NCBI GenBank assembly: GCA_017513085.1 | Contig: JAFWDK010000003.1 | Span: forward strand, 48,573-112,572 | Direction of reading: 5' to 3' | Origin: Clostridiales bacterium | GTDB taxonomy: Bacteria > Bacillota > Clostridia > Saccharofermentanales > Saccharofermentanaceae | Length of the DNA: 64,000 nt | Position numbers and translations under genes: made by a program | Notes under the pieces: model-generated | The model's input: only the letters and a program-made list of their open reading frames with translations | Database searches by the model: none | What the model was told of the DNA's origin: nothing | Shown: positions 20,393 through 30,513 of the stretch, one piece after another | Position numbering within the stretch: position 1 is the first letter of the stretch | Layout: each line of letters begins with the position of its first letter

Positions 20393-21445
20393 TTATGCGC
20401 CCAAGGCCTCTTTTAGTGCTTTTAGATTGGATTTCATCACGGAAAGATATGTTTTCCCATTTTTCACGTCGTCTCCGGTCGTCGACTGCAAAGAATCCAT
20501 CACCAGGATCTTTTTTCCTGACCCGGAAGCATTCTCCAAAACCGTTTCTGCGATTTTGTGTTGAGTTCCCTCAATCGTCAATACTGCCGGAAGATTCAGT
20601 TCATCCACTTTCCCTGACAGGAAGACGATCGTTTCGAAGCTGGCTTCACTCTCTGCCGAGCATCCGGTAAAAGCAGCATAATAAGTGAGGCCATAATCAT
20701 CTGCCATATATCTGAAAGGGAATCGGTCTGCAAACAGTATTGTCTTACAGGATGACTTCTCCACAACCTCTTTATACTCATTATCCAGAGTTTCCAGTTC
20801 GGAAATATAGGCATCCAGATTTTTCTTATAAATTCCTTTATGTTCCGGTATCAACTTCTCCAGTTCTGCTTCGATCTTCGTGCAGATCACCTTGGCGTGA
20901 CGAAGTGAAAGCCATACATGCTCATCATATTCAGGTTCCTCATGCTCATGATCATGATCGTGTTCTTCCTCATGGTCGTGGTCTTCGTCATGGTCATGTT
21001 CTTCCTCATGGTCATGTTCTTCCTCATGGTCGTGGTCATGTTCGTGTTCCATACCTTCGACCACTTCTTCTATTTTAACGTTGTCGCCAAGCACCTCAAG
21101 GAGATCGATCACGACCATATCTTTATTGGAAGCCTGTTTCAAAACATCGTCTACCCACTCGTCAGACTCTCCCCCTACATACACAAACATATCGCACGTT
21201 GTGATCTTAAGGATATCTTCCGCAGTAGGTTGATACGAGTGAAGATCCACTCCTTTATCCAAGAGCATCGTGACATCCGCATCTTCTTTATTCTCTCCAA
21301 GGATCGACATGACCCAGTCATATTCCGGGAAGATCGTTGTCACGATCGAGATTTTTTTCGAATCTTTTTTCTTTGTGTTTTGGCAAGCAGAAAAGCTCAC
21401 TGCAGTCGCTACTGCAGCAAGAAAACCGATTAATCTTTTATTCAT
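20393..21445 (-). CDS. znuA: Zinc ABC substrate-binding lipoprotein with His/Asp/Glu-rich loop (ZnuA/AdcA)
   Basis: Lipobox FSAC, DLHSYQP, (HDHEEE)n loop, DEHVWLS; GGAGG RBS before ATG 21445. Confidence 0.9.
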   Translation of the reverse strand: MNKRLIGFLAAVATAVSFSACQNTKKKDSKKISIVTTIFPEYDWVMSILGENKEDADVTMLLDKGVDLHSYQPTAEDILKITTCDMFVYVGGESDEWVDDVLKQASNKDMVVIDLLEVLGDNVKIEEVVEGMEHEHDHDHEEEHDHEEEHDHDEDHDHEEEHDHDHEHEEPEYDEHVWLSLRHAKVICTKIEAELEKLIPEHKGIYKKNLDAYISELETLDNEYKEVVEKSSCKTILFADRFPFRYMADDYGLTYYAAFTGCSAESEASFETIVFLSGKVDELNLPAVLTIEGTQHKIAETVLENASGSGKKILVMDSLQSTTGDDVKNGKTYLSVMKSNLKALKEALGA

Positions 21446-21450
21446 TTTTT

Positions 21451-21495
21451 TCCTCCACGAATTGATATATGAGTTAGAATCAAATCGTGGATGGA
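21451..21495 (-). promoter_or_regulatory. Hairpin sequestering the znuA Shine-Dalgarno
   Basis: mRNA UCC-A-UCCACGA-U-UUGAU...AUCAA-U-UCGUGGAGGA starts immediately after the upstream TGA. Confidence 0.6.
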
Positions 21496-21813
21496 TCAAT
21501 TATTCAATTGTATCTTACGGGAAACCGGAGTCGGACGCACCTGCACCCACACGGAAAAGGTAAGGATCGCATAAAAAACGGAAAGGCCGATAACCGCCAT
21601 ACCCGCATGACAGCATACTTCTTTCATGCCGGAGAGAACTTTCTCACACTGCGCCATGATCTCGCAGATCGGGCAATGTTCCTCTTCACACTCGTGATTC
21701 ATCTCCACGAACAAAAATAATCCAGAGAAAAGAATGGAGAATGTGATCAATAAACCGAGAAAAACGGAAGCCAATCGTAGAAGTTTCGAAGTCTTCTTTT
21801 GCCCTTTCTCCAT
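21496..21813 (-). CDS. Small two-TM Cys/His leader protein (HECEEEHCPIC) heading the Zn operon
   Basis: 105 aa, AAGGAG RBS, TM-HxCxxxHCPIC-TM, C-terminal PTPVSRKIQLNN. Confidence 0.75.
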   Translation of the reverse strand: MEKGQKKTSKLLRLASVFLGLLITFSILFSGLFLFVEMNHECEEEHCPICEIMAQCEKVLSGMKEVCCHAGMAVIGLSVFYAILTFSVWVQVRPTPVSRKIQLNN

Positions 21814-21842
21814 TTTTTCTCTCCTTTTTCCTTTTCAAAAGC

Positions 21843-21898
21843 GAAGCGTATAATTGCGAATCATTCGCAATTATACGCTTCCGTAAAATCTCTGTCAA
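21843..21898 (-). promoter_or_regulatory. Consensus sigma-A promoter (TTGACA-17-TATAAT) overlapped by Zur-like box inside a 39-bp perfect palindrome
   Basis: GAAGCGTATAATTGCGAAT-C-ATTCGCAATTATACGCTTC 21843-21881; -35 at 21898-21893, -10 at 21875-21870. Confidence 0.8.
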
Positions 21899-21922
21899 AC
21901 CTGTTTTTCTATAATCTCACTT

Positions 21923-24157
21923 CTATTCCTGATTATTCTTCAGGCTCTCCACCATCTCTACCTTTTTCACCTTCGAAGACAGGAGGAACATGGAGATCAC
22001 ATAGGATGCAAGAGTGATTCCCACACAGATCAGGAGCGACTTGGGCGTGACATAGTTCTCAATAAAGGAATTATACTTCGCCGTCTGGGATTCAAAGTTC
22101 AGCCGGTTCAGAACCGTGCCCAGCCAGATACCCAGAGCGATACCGATCGGCAGAAGCAGATGATAAATATAGGTCACGATGCGGTTGATCTCCCCGTCCC
22201 TATAACCCAGCACCTTCAGCATCGAGATCACCGAAGTACTCTCATTGAGAAGGATATTTACCATCAGGTATGTCGTGATGACCGAGATAATGACTGCGAT
22301 CACCGTGATCGGCATCAAAAGATCTTTCATGCCCTGATTGATCGTCTTATCCAGCGCTTCCGAAAGAGAAGATTTGCTCACTTCACGCAGAAGCTCCGAA
22401 TCTCTGTATGGCAGCTTCTCCTTGCTCATGACCAGCGTATAGGCGTTCTCCGGCATAGAAAGGAGCTTGTTGACCGAGGATCGGGATGCAACCATCAAAG
22501 ACTGCGAACCGTTGACAAAAACTCCATCCACATGGACCGGATACTCTTTAAGATCCGCGATATTTCTTATAGTAATGGTATCTCCGGCTTTCACGTGATA
22601 TGCAAAAGCACTCATCTCGGAGATATAGAATTTGTCCTCATCAAGTGGGAACTCATTTCCATCCGAGTCTTTTACATGGATCATCGAAGTATCGTCGATT
22701 CCCATCAGGGTGATCAGGTCCGGGTTATCCTTGACTTCAAAGGAAGCTGCCATCACTGCCGCTCCCTTATCCGGAACTCCGGTCTTTACCGAAGAAAGAA
22801 AGTATTCGTATTCAAATTCACCTGTCTCTTTCACGCTGGTGTCGACATATCTCTGGATCGAGTCCACGCAGGCGAAGGTAAATGCCACCAGTGTGCCGCC
22901 CAGCGCGATGCCGCAGATGACCAGAAGGGTTCTGGGGAGATGGCCGAACACAGCGCGAAGCTTATACTTTGTTCTGAAACTTAACTTCGCCTTTCGAAGT
23001 CCCATCCTCTTCTTCTTATTCTTCTTAAGGCCCTTGATCATGTCGATCGCTGACCCGCGCATGTTGATAAGCGCAGTAATAAAAACTGCGATCACATAGC
23101 ACGCGGTAGGAAGCACAAGTGCAATAAGAGAGGATTTCCAGGTGATGTGTGTCACTTTATAGAAGACTTCCATCTTATCCTCGATCAGCATATCTGAAAG
23201 AGGAGCAAGTGCCGGGATCGAAAAAAGAACACCCAGGATACCACCAAGAATTCCCGGAATTGCGCCCAGCACACTGTAATGCAGAGCCAGTTCATACCGC
23301 TTATATCCCAAGGCATGGAGGACACCGATCATCTTTCTCTCGTTTTTGATCTTACGACCCAGCACGACCGCGATCAGAAGCACCATGAACACCATCGTTG
23401 TCGGCAGGATGATTTGCACGGTATAACTTAATTCATCGAACTGATCTTTCGGGCTCTGAATACGGGAGTTATTACTGACATCCACATAGGACAGCGTCCC
23501 GTACTTCTCGTTCAGTGCTTTTCGAAAAGCCGTCACGTCAGTCTTATCACTATATCGAACAGCATAAACTGTCGCCATATCCTTTTTCTCATATGTGACA
23601 AAAGCACTTTCCTTCACCACACCGATGCCAAACCGGTCGCTGTCGGAAAAGGTATCCGTGATGTTTTTCAGGCAGAAAAGATAGTCCGTGCGGATGACTT
23701 CGCCACAGATGTGATAGGTCCTTCCGTCAAGATCGATACTATCGCCGATCTCGAGGTTCTGGCGTTGCATAAAAAGCCCATTTAGAAGAATATCTGTATC
23801 GGACTCAAGATCCCTGCCATCCTGCACCCTGTATAGATTGATCGCTGAAGAGGGAGCAAAGATTCGGACCTCCGCTTCCGAGTTTTCCATATGAAGATCG
23901 ATATAAGGCTGTGTTTCCACAGTAACGTGGTGCTTTTCTTCCAGTTCCTGTACATCATCGATCGGCAGCAGTGTCATAAACTGCGCGTCTTCCAGCTGTG
24001 CCTCATCCAGAAGCTTATTAAAACTTTCCTGTTGTACCCCGTAAGAGGAATCGAATGCCACATACAGACATACCACAAGTGCCGTCAGTATCGTTATACT
24101 CAAGAAAAATGACAAATTACTTCGGAAATTCCGGATATATCTTTTATTCAGTACCAT
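21923..24157 (-). CDS. FtsX/MacB-like ABC permease (two permease domains)
   Basis: IGVLHALGY and ISMLKVLGY repeats, large extracellular loops, C-terminal ESLKN. Confidence 0.85.
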   Translation of the reverse strand: MVLNKRYIRNFRSNLSFFLSITILTALVVCLYVAFDSSYGVQQESFNKLLDEAQLEDAQFMTLLPIDDVQELEEKHHVTVETQPYIDLHMENSEAEVRIFAPSSAINLYRVQDGRDLESDTDILLNGLFMQRQNLEIGDSIDLDGRTYHICGEVIRTDYLFCLKNITDTFSDSDRFGIGVVKESAFVTYEKKDMATVYAVRYSDKTDVTAFRKALNEKYGTLSYVDVSNNSRIQSPKDQFDELSYTVQIILPTTMVFMVLLIAVVLGRKIKNERKMIGVLHALGYKRYELALHYSVLGAIPGILGGILGVLFSIPALAPLSDMLIEDKMEVFYKVTHITWKSSLIALVLPTACYVIAVFITALINMRGSAIDMIKGLKKNKKKRMGLRKAKLSFRTKYKLRAVFGHLPRTLLVICGIALGGTLVAFTFACVDSIQRYVDTSVKETGEFEYEYFLSSVKTGVPDKGAAVMAASFEVKDNPDLITLMGIDDTSMIHVKDSDGNEFPLDEDKFYISEMSAFAYHVKAGDTITIRNIADLKEYPVHVDGVFVNGSQSLMVASRSSVNKLLSMPENAYTLVMSKEKLPYRDSELLREVSKSSLSEALDKTINQGMKDLLMPITVIAVIISVITTYLMVNILLNESTSVISMLKVLGYRDGEINRIVTYIYHLLLPIGIALGIWLGTVLNRLNFESQTAKYNSFIENYVTPKSLLICVGITLASYVISMFLLSSKVKKVEMVESLKNNQE

Positions 24158-24168
24158 ACTCCGTCACC

Positions 24169-24867
24169 TCAGATCTCAAGGTCCGAAACCGGAAGTTTCT
24201 TTCTGTTCATGCTGTTCTCGACGATCTTTCCGTCATGGATCCGTATGATCCTGTCCGCCATTCCGGCGATACCTTCGTTGTGGGTAATGATCAGTATCGT
24301 CGTCTTAAATTCCCTGTTGATCTTCTCCAGCATCATCAATACATCCCGTGACGATTTCGAATCCAGCGCGCCGGTCAATTCATCGCAAAGGAGGATCTGC
24401 GGATTCTTCACCAGCGCACGGGCAATTGCGCAGCGCTGCTGCTGACCGCCGGACAGTTCCCGCGGGAACTTATGTTTATGCTTGGCAAGATTCAACGTTT
24501 CCAGAAGATCGTCGATCGACAGAGGCTCTTTCGATATATCCGCCACCACTTCCACATTCTCCCGCACGGTCAGATCCGGGATCAGGTTATAGGATTGAAA
24601 AACAAATCCCACATGTTTTCTCCGATACTCCGAAAGGCCGCTCTTCCCTTGGGATGTGAGTTCCGTTTTTCCGATCCGTATCACACCGGAATCCGGTGAA
24701 TCGATTCCACCCAGCATATTTAACAGCGTGGATTTTCCCGAACCGGAAGGTCCCAGGATCACTGTAATTTCTCCTTGTTCCGCGGAAAAGTCCACCCCGT
24801 CCATAGCACGGATCAGGCTCTCTCCGCTCCCATACTGTTTAACCGCATTTTTCACTTCAATAAACAT
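24169..24867 (-). CDS. ABC ATPase (LolD/MacB-type)
   Basis: GPSGSGKS, GFVFQSYNL, LCDELTGALD. Confidence 0.9.
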   Translation of the reverse strand: MFIEVKNAVKQYGSGESLIRAMDGVDFSAEQGEITVILGPSGSGKSTLLNMLGGIDSPDSGVIRIGKTELTSQGKSGLSEYRRKHVGFVFQSYNLIPDLTVRENVEVVADISKEPLSIDDLLETLNLAKHKHKFPRELSGGQQQRCAIARALVKNPQILLCDELTGALDSKSSRDVLMMLEKINREFKTTILIITHNEGIAGMADRIIRIHDGKIVENSMNRKKLPVSDLEI

Positions 24868-24958
24868 CGCTTCTTCTCCTTTTTTCGTGTTTTGGGACGT
24901 AGGAAACTCCACCCTTACATTCGTAAAGGCACTTGTTTCACTGAATGTCCATTCATTC

Positions 24959-25963
24959 TTAAGTATGTAATCGACGATATTCGGTCGGTGTCACTCCATA
25001 TGTCTTCTTAAAAAGCGCACAGAACTTACTCGGATTGCTGTATCCGGCTTCTTCCGCCAGATCCGCGATACTTTTTCTCGTTTTCCGAAGATCTTCTTCC
25101 GCCTTTTGCAGCCGGACATTCTGAAGGAATGTATAGATCGGAGCACCATATACTTTCCGGAAATACATCTTCAGCGCCGGTGCTGTACAATGAAGTTCTT
25201 CTGCCAGTTCTTCCGCCGTCAGATGAATGCTTGGATCCTGTAGTATCCGTCTTCTCGCGTCTTCTGCGATCTTCCTTTGACCGGAAGTGGTATATTCGCT
25301 TTTCCGGAGCGGTTCCACATCTTCGTGAAGAAGAAGATAAAGAAGTCTCGTACTCTGCATCCTTGCCCGCGGTAGATCCATGGTCCGGTCATCGATCCCC
25401 TTCGCCAGATCCTCCACGATCTGGCGGAATTCAGCAGATGCATTTCCCACGAAGCATTCTCTATCCCTTTCGATCAGGTTCATACAGGCTTCTTTAGTGA
25501 TGCCATAGTAAGAAAGCGTGGTCCGGTCATTGTCACTCATGAGTTCGAAGTTAAAATACAGACCGAATCCTTGATAGTATTCTTTCCGGAACGTCAGCAT
25601 GACTTGAGGATCATTCTCATCGAATCCGATCATACCTTTATCCAGATAGGCATACTTTCCTTTCCCCCTCATGAATACTTCGACGCGTCCGTCCATGCAA
25701 TAGTTCAGTTTAAAGAAACGGAGCCGGTCTGTAAGAACAGGACGCCGTCCATCAATATGTGCACCAAATTCAAGTTCTCTCGGGATCGTGTAGTAGAATA
25801 TCCCCATACCTTCGAAGGGCATCACCACATACGCCTCGACCGCTTCATCATCACGAGGTGATGCTTTTAGCTCCATCTTGGTAATCCATTCAGATGCACG
25901 TGCAAAATGCACTATATCATCCAAAGGAACCGGGGAAACTTTTTTGACCAGATCTTCAAACAT
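24959..25963 (-). CDS. AraC-family regulator (PchR/YbtA-like)
   Basis: LKMYFRKVYG...RLQKA...AGYSNPSKFCALFKKTYGVTP. Confidence 0.9.
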   Translation of the reverse strand: MFEDLVKKVSPVPLDDIVHFARASEWITKMELKASPRDDEAVEAYVVMPFEGMGIFYYTIPRELEFGAHIDGRRPVLTDRLRFFKLNYCMDGRVEVFMRGKGKYAYLDKGMIGFDENDPQVMLTFRKEYYQGFGLYFNFELMSDNDRTTLSYYGITKEACMNLIERDRECFVGNASAEFRQIVEDLAKGIDDRTMDLPRARMQSTRLLYLLLHEDVEPLRKSEYTTSGQRKIAEDARRRILQDPSIHLTAEELAEELHCTAPALKMYFRKVYGAPIYTFLQNVRLQKAEEDLRKTRKSIADLAEEAGYSNPSKFCALFKKTYGVTPTEYRRLHT

Positions 25964-26005
25964 CTTCTGCTCCTTACTTCGTTATGATCGCATTGTAACA
26001 CAGAA

Positions 26006-26021
26006 GTTAGCATATGTTTAC
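26006..26021. promoter_or_regulatory. Degenerate box GTTAGCATATGTTTAC upstream of AraC gene
   Basis: Two mismatches to consensus, intergenic. Confidence 0.6.
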
Positions 26022-26051
26022 TCCATTTGAACAAAAATAGCCCAAATGATA

Positions 26052-26552
26052 TCACAATAATGTACAGATCCATGCAAGGATCGCACAAGCCGGGAAAAAG
26101 CAGATCACATGGGTAATATGTGTTTTCTTGTTATATCCGAACAGGCTCCTGTTATAGACAGATCCGACTTGCGGATAGTAATGGGTAAAGAATCCGAAAC
26201 CCTGATTACAAAGAAGCACCCAGTCAAAGAAGATCACATCAAATGCCTTAAGCAAAAGCAGCATGACCAGAAATCTTACGAAAAACTGCCAGAAGCTGTA
26301 CTCGTGAATTATGCCATCCCATGCGCCAAGAACAACTGCACCGCCCATAAGCACCATCGAAAGTGCTGCCATAACATAGCCCACAGCGTGCTGTCCCTTA
26401 AACCGTTCCGGGACATAGTCAGGTGTCACCTCAATGGCTTCTTTGGGCGCGGAAGAGAAAAATTTCTTGTCTTGGATAAACCCGACGCCACTCCAGAGCA
26501 TCAGAAAAAGCCCTGCCATCATCATAAGTGAAAGTAAAATCGTAACTAGCAT
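26052..26552 (-). CDS. Hypothetical four-TM membrane protein
   Basis: 166 aa hydrophobic ORF with AAGGAG RBS. Confidence 0.7.
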   Translation of the reverse strand: MLVTILLSLMMMAGLFLMLWSGVGFIQDKKFFSSAPKEAIEVTPDYVPERFKGQHAVGYVMAALSMVLMGGAVVLGAWDGIIHEYSFWQFFVRFLVMLLLLKAFDVIFFDWVLLCNQGFGFFTHYYPQVGSVYNRSLFGYNKKTHITHVICFFPACAILAWICTLL

Positions 26553-26587
26553 TTTTAAAGCTCCTTTACTATTATCCGATACACCAT

Positions 26588-26603
26588 GTTAGCATAAGCT
26601 AAC
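26588..26603. promoter_or_regulatory. Box GTTAGCATAAGCTAAC between divergent genes
   Basis: Exact match; extended -10 TGCTATAAT at 26610-26618 on + strand. Confidence 0.85.
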
Positions 26604-26660
26604 CATTTGTGCTATAATCGGCAAGAAAAAAGTGGGAAACAGTATAGAAAGGAACGGCAC

Positions 26661-27545
26661 ATGGGTAAGGATGGCTTTGCACAATCTTTCCTGATTCGTC
26701 GTGATGGGTTTCACGGTCACTTATTTCTTCCTCATCAGGATAAATACCCGGGACTGGCTCTTCTGGTCCTCGGTGGCGGCAGTATGCCATATTCATTCAC
26801 GAGAAAGGAAGCGGATGCTTTTTCCGAAGAAGGCATCTCCTCACTCGCTGTCGGCTACTTCGGTGTAAAGGATGCACCGAAAACGATCGTCCATGTACCC
26901 ATCGAGTATGTGGAAAAAGCTGCCGCCTATCTTCATGCTTTCGGATATACGAAGGTGATTGCAGTCGGGATCTCCAAAGGCTCGGAGCTGGCGCTGACCG
27001 CCGCCTCCTTTCTTCCTGACATAGACGGTGTCATTGCCTTTGCTCCATCTTGCCGGGTGTACATGGGCATCGGATCCGGAATATCCTGGGTAGATCGTTC
27101 TTCATGGACATTCCGCGGGGTCCCGCTCTCTTTTGCTTATCATCGGTCTTCCGGTATCAAGGCAGTTCTTCACAGCCTGAAAGCACGAGAACTGACCTTT
27201 CGTCCGGTATATGAAAAAGCAGATCAGGATGCAGAAGAGGGAACCATCATCCCTGTAGAGAGAATACATGGTCCCCTACTTCTTATTGCCTCTTCACAGG
27301 ATTCCCTTTGGTCCAGCGAAAATGCCTGCCGCATGATTCGTCAGAGGCTTATTGCCCAGCCATTCCGGTATCCTGTAAAAACATTGATCTATCCGTACGC
27401 TTCCCACATACTTCTTCCGTTCGAAAGCGGCTTTGAAAGATTTTTCCGGGTCGCAAGGAAACATCCGGAAGAATGCCGTCAGACGATCCTTGATGTGAGA
27501 CACGAAGTATTTACATGGCTAAGAGATCTTATTCCCGATTCTTAA
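26661..27545 (+). CDS. Alpha/beta hydrolase, acyl-CoA thioesterase/BAAT family
   Basis: GISKG nucleophile elbow, IPVERI..PLLLI, D-x-x-W, YPYASH; 3' end overlaps convergent gene by 17 bp. Confidence 0.8.
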   Translation: MGKDGFAQSFLIRRDGFHGHLFLPHQDKYPGLALLVLGGGSMPYSFTRKEADAFSEEGISSLAVGYFGVKDAPKTIVHVPIEYVEKAAAYLHAFGYTKVIAVGISKGSELALTAASFLPDIDGVIAFAPSCRVYMGIGSGISWVDRSSWTFRGVPLSFAYHRSSGIKAVLHSLKARELTFRPVYEKADQDAEEGTIIPVERIHGPLLLIASSQDSLWSSENACRMIRQRLIAQPFRYPVKTLIYPYASHILLPFESGFERFFRVARKHPEECRQTILDVRHEVFTWLRDLIPDS

Positions 27546-29793
27546 GTGCTTCGGTCATATCGATCTTACGGACTTGCTTTACATGGATCGCATTTGTAAT
27601 CAGACAGGTGGCCGTACCAAGCACAACAATGATTGCAAGAACCAGTGGTGTCACCCGGAAGTAGAAGTATCCGCTCATCGAATTAAGCATACCCGGCCAG
27701 AGCTTGCCGATCAGGAAATACTGAAGAGGCAGGAACACGATCACAGATAGAATAATGATCCATTGTGTCTGAGACAGGTAAAGCTTATTCACTTCTTTAT
27801 TCCGGTACCCAAAAACTTTCAAAAGCGAAATATTCAGTGCATTTTTTTCAATAACCATTTTGGTAAGCATAAACATAACGATAACATAGCAGATGATTCC
27901 TACTGCAGTTAACATCACAATGAGTGAGGCCATAAGCGTCTTCATCTGTTTCGCGCTGTCCGCCACCTTCTCTTTCGTGACAACAGTTGATATGAAACGT
28001 TCATCGATCCCCTGGATCTCACTGTCAGAAAAAACAGTATTATAATATCCTTCGCCTTTTTCCAGATACGCATTCAGCGTATCCTGTGAAGTAAAAGCAT
28101 ATACTCCCAGTTCGAAGTCAACGATTTTCAAAACTTTAGCGTTCCATGTATGAAGTGTCAGTTTGTTGCTGATTTCGATGGTATCTCCGGTATGTATACC
28201 GATTTTGGCTGCCATAATATCGGAAATGATGATCTCATCTTTCGAAAGCGAGGCGACATCTATACTTTGCAAATACTTTGAATCACTGCTGATGCCAAGG
28301 ACATTCACCGGAAGCATTCTGCCATTGTACTCTGTCTCATAGGTGCTGATCGTATCTTTTTCCACATCGGACGGAAGGACAGACGGATCCGGAAGCGGTG
28401 ATTTCAGAACATATTGATACTCTGCTACTGCGGAACCCGGAAGGGTATCGATGTATTTATCAAAGGAGGATCGCATGCCCACGCCGAACATGCAAAGGAG
28501 TCCAGCGAGGAAAACACCAATGATCAGGGAGATATACTGTCCCTTGCTTCTTACGACTGTACGGACACGGAAACGGTTGAGGAAACCGAGTTTTTTCATC
28601 TCATGAGCATTCTTCACCCGCTTCTCTTTTTTCGTATCTTTTCGGATCAGGCGAAGCGGAGTAAGGTTGAGTTTTTTCCCGAAAACGATCAGGTTAATAA
28701 GGATCACAGAAAGGATCGGGAACCCGATCATGAGGGCCATTCTGACCGGATCGATCGTATAAAGCATTTTCGGGACCACATAATAGGCATATACACTTTC
28801 CAGAGGAATCTTATAGACGAATGTTAAGGCAAGAAGAAGACCTATACCGGTAGAGATAAGGGTAACCAGAACCGGAATCGTCAGATAATGACGCAGGATC
28901 GATTTCTTCTTATATCCAGTGGCAATCAGAACTCCGACAAAAGAACACTCGTCTTCGAATGTATGGACCGATACAAGTGCGAAAAGGAAGGCAACGATCA
29001 CCATTGAAAGGAGCATAAAATAGGTCGACATATTAATATTCAGTTCCAATTTGGAGATCAGATTATTCACTCTGTTGTTATCTCCGATTGCACAGAAGTC
29101 AGTCAGAATACCCTTATCCCCGAGTTTTTTGATGATTTCCCGGTTCTCCTGGTTGACTTCTTCTCTGGACAGTTCATTTTTGAACTTATATGCATACTGG
29201 TAGATCATGCTCTCTTCATCCAGTTTGGAGAAAAAACCGTCGCTGACGATTGCGACACCGAAGACTTCACGGTCCGCCAGAAGATCACCCAGTTCCCTGA
29301 AGCTGACGATATATTCAGGAAGTCCGATAATACCCGAAACTTCCATTTCCTCTGTTCCGACTTGAAAATGGTCACCGAGTTTCAGATCATGCGTTTCTGC
29401 ATAGAGACGATCCAGTGCAATCTCCTTATCACTGTCCGGAAAGCTTCCTTCCAACAGGAACGGAACATCAATGGAATTCCGCATCCGAAACACACGGATA
29501 TCCGACTCTTCCACAGAAGGAAGATCAACATACGGCTGATATTCGAGTTCGAGAGTATCCCCTAACAGACCAGAAACCTCAGATTGATCCATCGGTACAG
29601 CAAGTGAGAAGAAACCGTCTTCCAGACCATTCTTATCTTTCATATCATGAAAAGCCGCCCGGATCCCCTGATTTCCGACCACATAGGCAGCACAAAGGCA
29701 GATCACAAGTATAATGAACAGTGCGATTCCCCCATAGATTCCGATGTTTCTTTTAAAGAAACGGGGAAGTCTTTTCTTAAGAACATTTCTCAT
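27529..29793 (-). CDS. FtsX/MacB-like ABC permease
   Basis: VGVLIATGY and ISLLKVFGY repeats, C-terminal EALKNRE. Confidence 0.85.
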   Translation of the reverse strand: MRNVLKKRLPRFFKRNIGIYGGIALFIILVICLCAAYVVGNQGIRAAFHDMKDKNGLEDGFFSLAVPMDQSEVSGLLGDTLELEYQPYVDLPSVEESDIRVFRMRNSIDVPFLLEGSFPDSDKEIALDRLYAETHDLKLGDHFQVGTEEMEVSGIIGLPEYIVSFRELGDLLADREVFGVAIVSDGFFSKLDEESMIYQYAYKFKNELSREEVNQENREIIKKLGDKGILTDFCAIGDNNRVNNLISKLELNINMSTYFMLLSMVIVAFLFALVSVHTFEDECSFVGVLIATGYKKKSILRHYLTIPVLVTLISTGIGLLLALTFVYKIPLESVYAYYVVPKMLYTIDPVRMALMIGFPILSVILINLIVFGKKLNLTPLRLIRKDTKKEKRVKNAHEMKKLGFLNRFRVRTVVRSKGQYISLIIGVFLAGLLCMFGVGMRSSFDKYIDTLPGSAVAEYQYVLKSPLPDPSVLPSDVEKDTISTYETEYNGRMLPVNVLGISSDSKYLQSIDVASLSKDEIIISDIMAAKIGIHTGDTIEISNKLTLHTWNAKVLKIVDFELGVYAFTSQDTLNAYLEKGEGYYNTVFSDSEIQGIDERFISTVVTKEKVADSAKQMKTLMASLIVMLTAVGIICYVIVMFMLTKMVIEKNALNISLLKVFGYRNKEVNKLYLSQTQWIIILSVIVFLPLQYFLIGKLWPGMLNSMSGYFYFRVTPLVLAIIVVLGTATCLITNAIHVKQVRKIDMTEALKNRE

Positions 29794-29814
29794 AATGACA
29801 CCTCTTCCCCTCTC

Positions 29815-30513
29815 TTACCAGACCAGATCCTTAGCACAGATCTTTGCCTTATTCACTTCATCCTTCGTAATACGGCCGTCTTTTAAGTGGATGATCCGGT
29901 CAGACATCCGGCTGATCGCTTCGTTATGTGTTACGATCAGGATCGTCGTATTATATTCGTGATTAACTCTCTCAAGGAGCTCCAAGATCTCCTTGGATGT
30001 ATCATAGTCCAGAGCTCCGGTCGGCTCATCACAAAGAAGCAGTGTCGGAGCCTTAACCAGTGCTCTTCCAATTGATGTTCTCTGTTGCTGTCCTCCGGAA
30101 AGCTGTCTCGGATACTTATTCTGATGCTCTTTCAAGCCCAGATCCTTCAGTAGTTTCTGGATGTCCAGAGATTTCTTTCCCAGGAAACCGCAAACTTCGA
30201 TATTCTCTTTGACTGTCAGATCCGGGATCAGGTTATAAAACTGGAACACAAAGCCCAAGTGATCTCTTCGGTACTCCAGAAGACCGTCCTTATCATCCAG
30301 TTCGATTTTCTTGCCATTGATACGGATCTCTCCGGATGTGAGTGTATCGATACCGCCAATCAGATTAAGAAGTGTTGACTTACCTGCACCGGATGGTCCG
30401 AGGACCGTGCAGACCTCCCCTTTTTCAAGCTGAAAGTTCAGGCCCTTCAATACATGGACAACATTCTCACCAATCCCATAGTCCTTCTTTAAATCCTTTA
30501 CTTCTACAAACAT
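29815..30513 (-). CDS. ABC ATPase (LolD/MacB-type)
   Basis: GPSGAGKS, GFVFQFYNL, LCDEPTGALD. Confidence 0.9.
   Translation of the reverse strand: MFVEVKDLKKDYGIGENVVHVLKGLNFQLEKGEVCTVLGPSGAGKSTLLNLIGGIDTLTSGEIRINGKKIELDDKDGLLEYRRDHLGFVFQFYNLIPDLTVKENIEVCGFLGKKSLDIQKLLKDLGLKEHQNKYPRQLSGGQQQRTSIGRALVKAPTLLLCDEPTGALDYDTSKEILELLERVNHEYNTTILIVTHNEAISRMSDRIIHLKDGRITKDEVNKAKICAKDLVW

Noticed and set aside
20935-21050. 18-nt DNA tandem repeats
   Set aside because: Explained by the (HDHEEE)n loop of ZnuA
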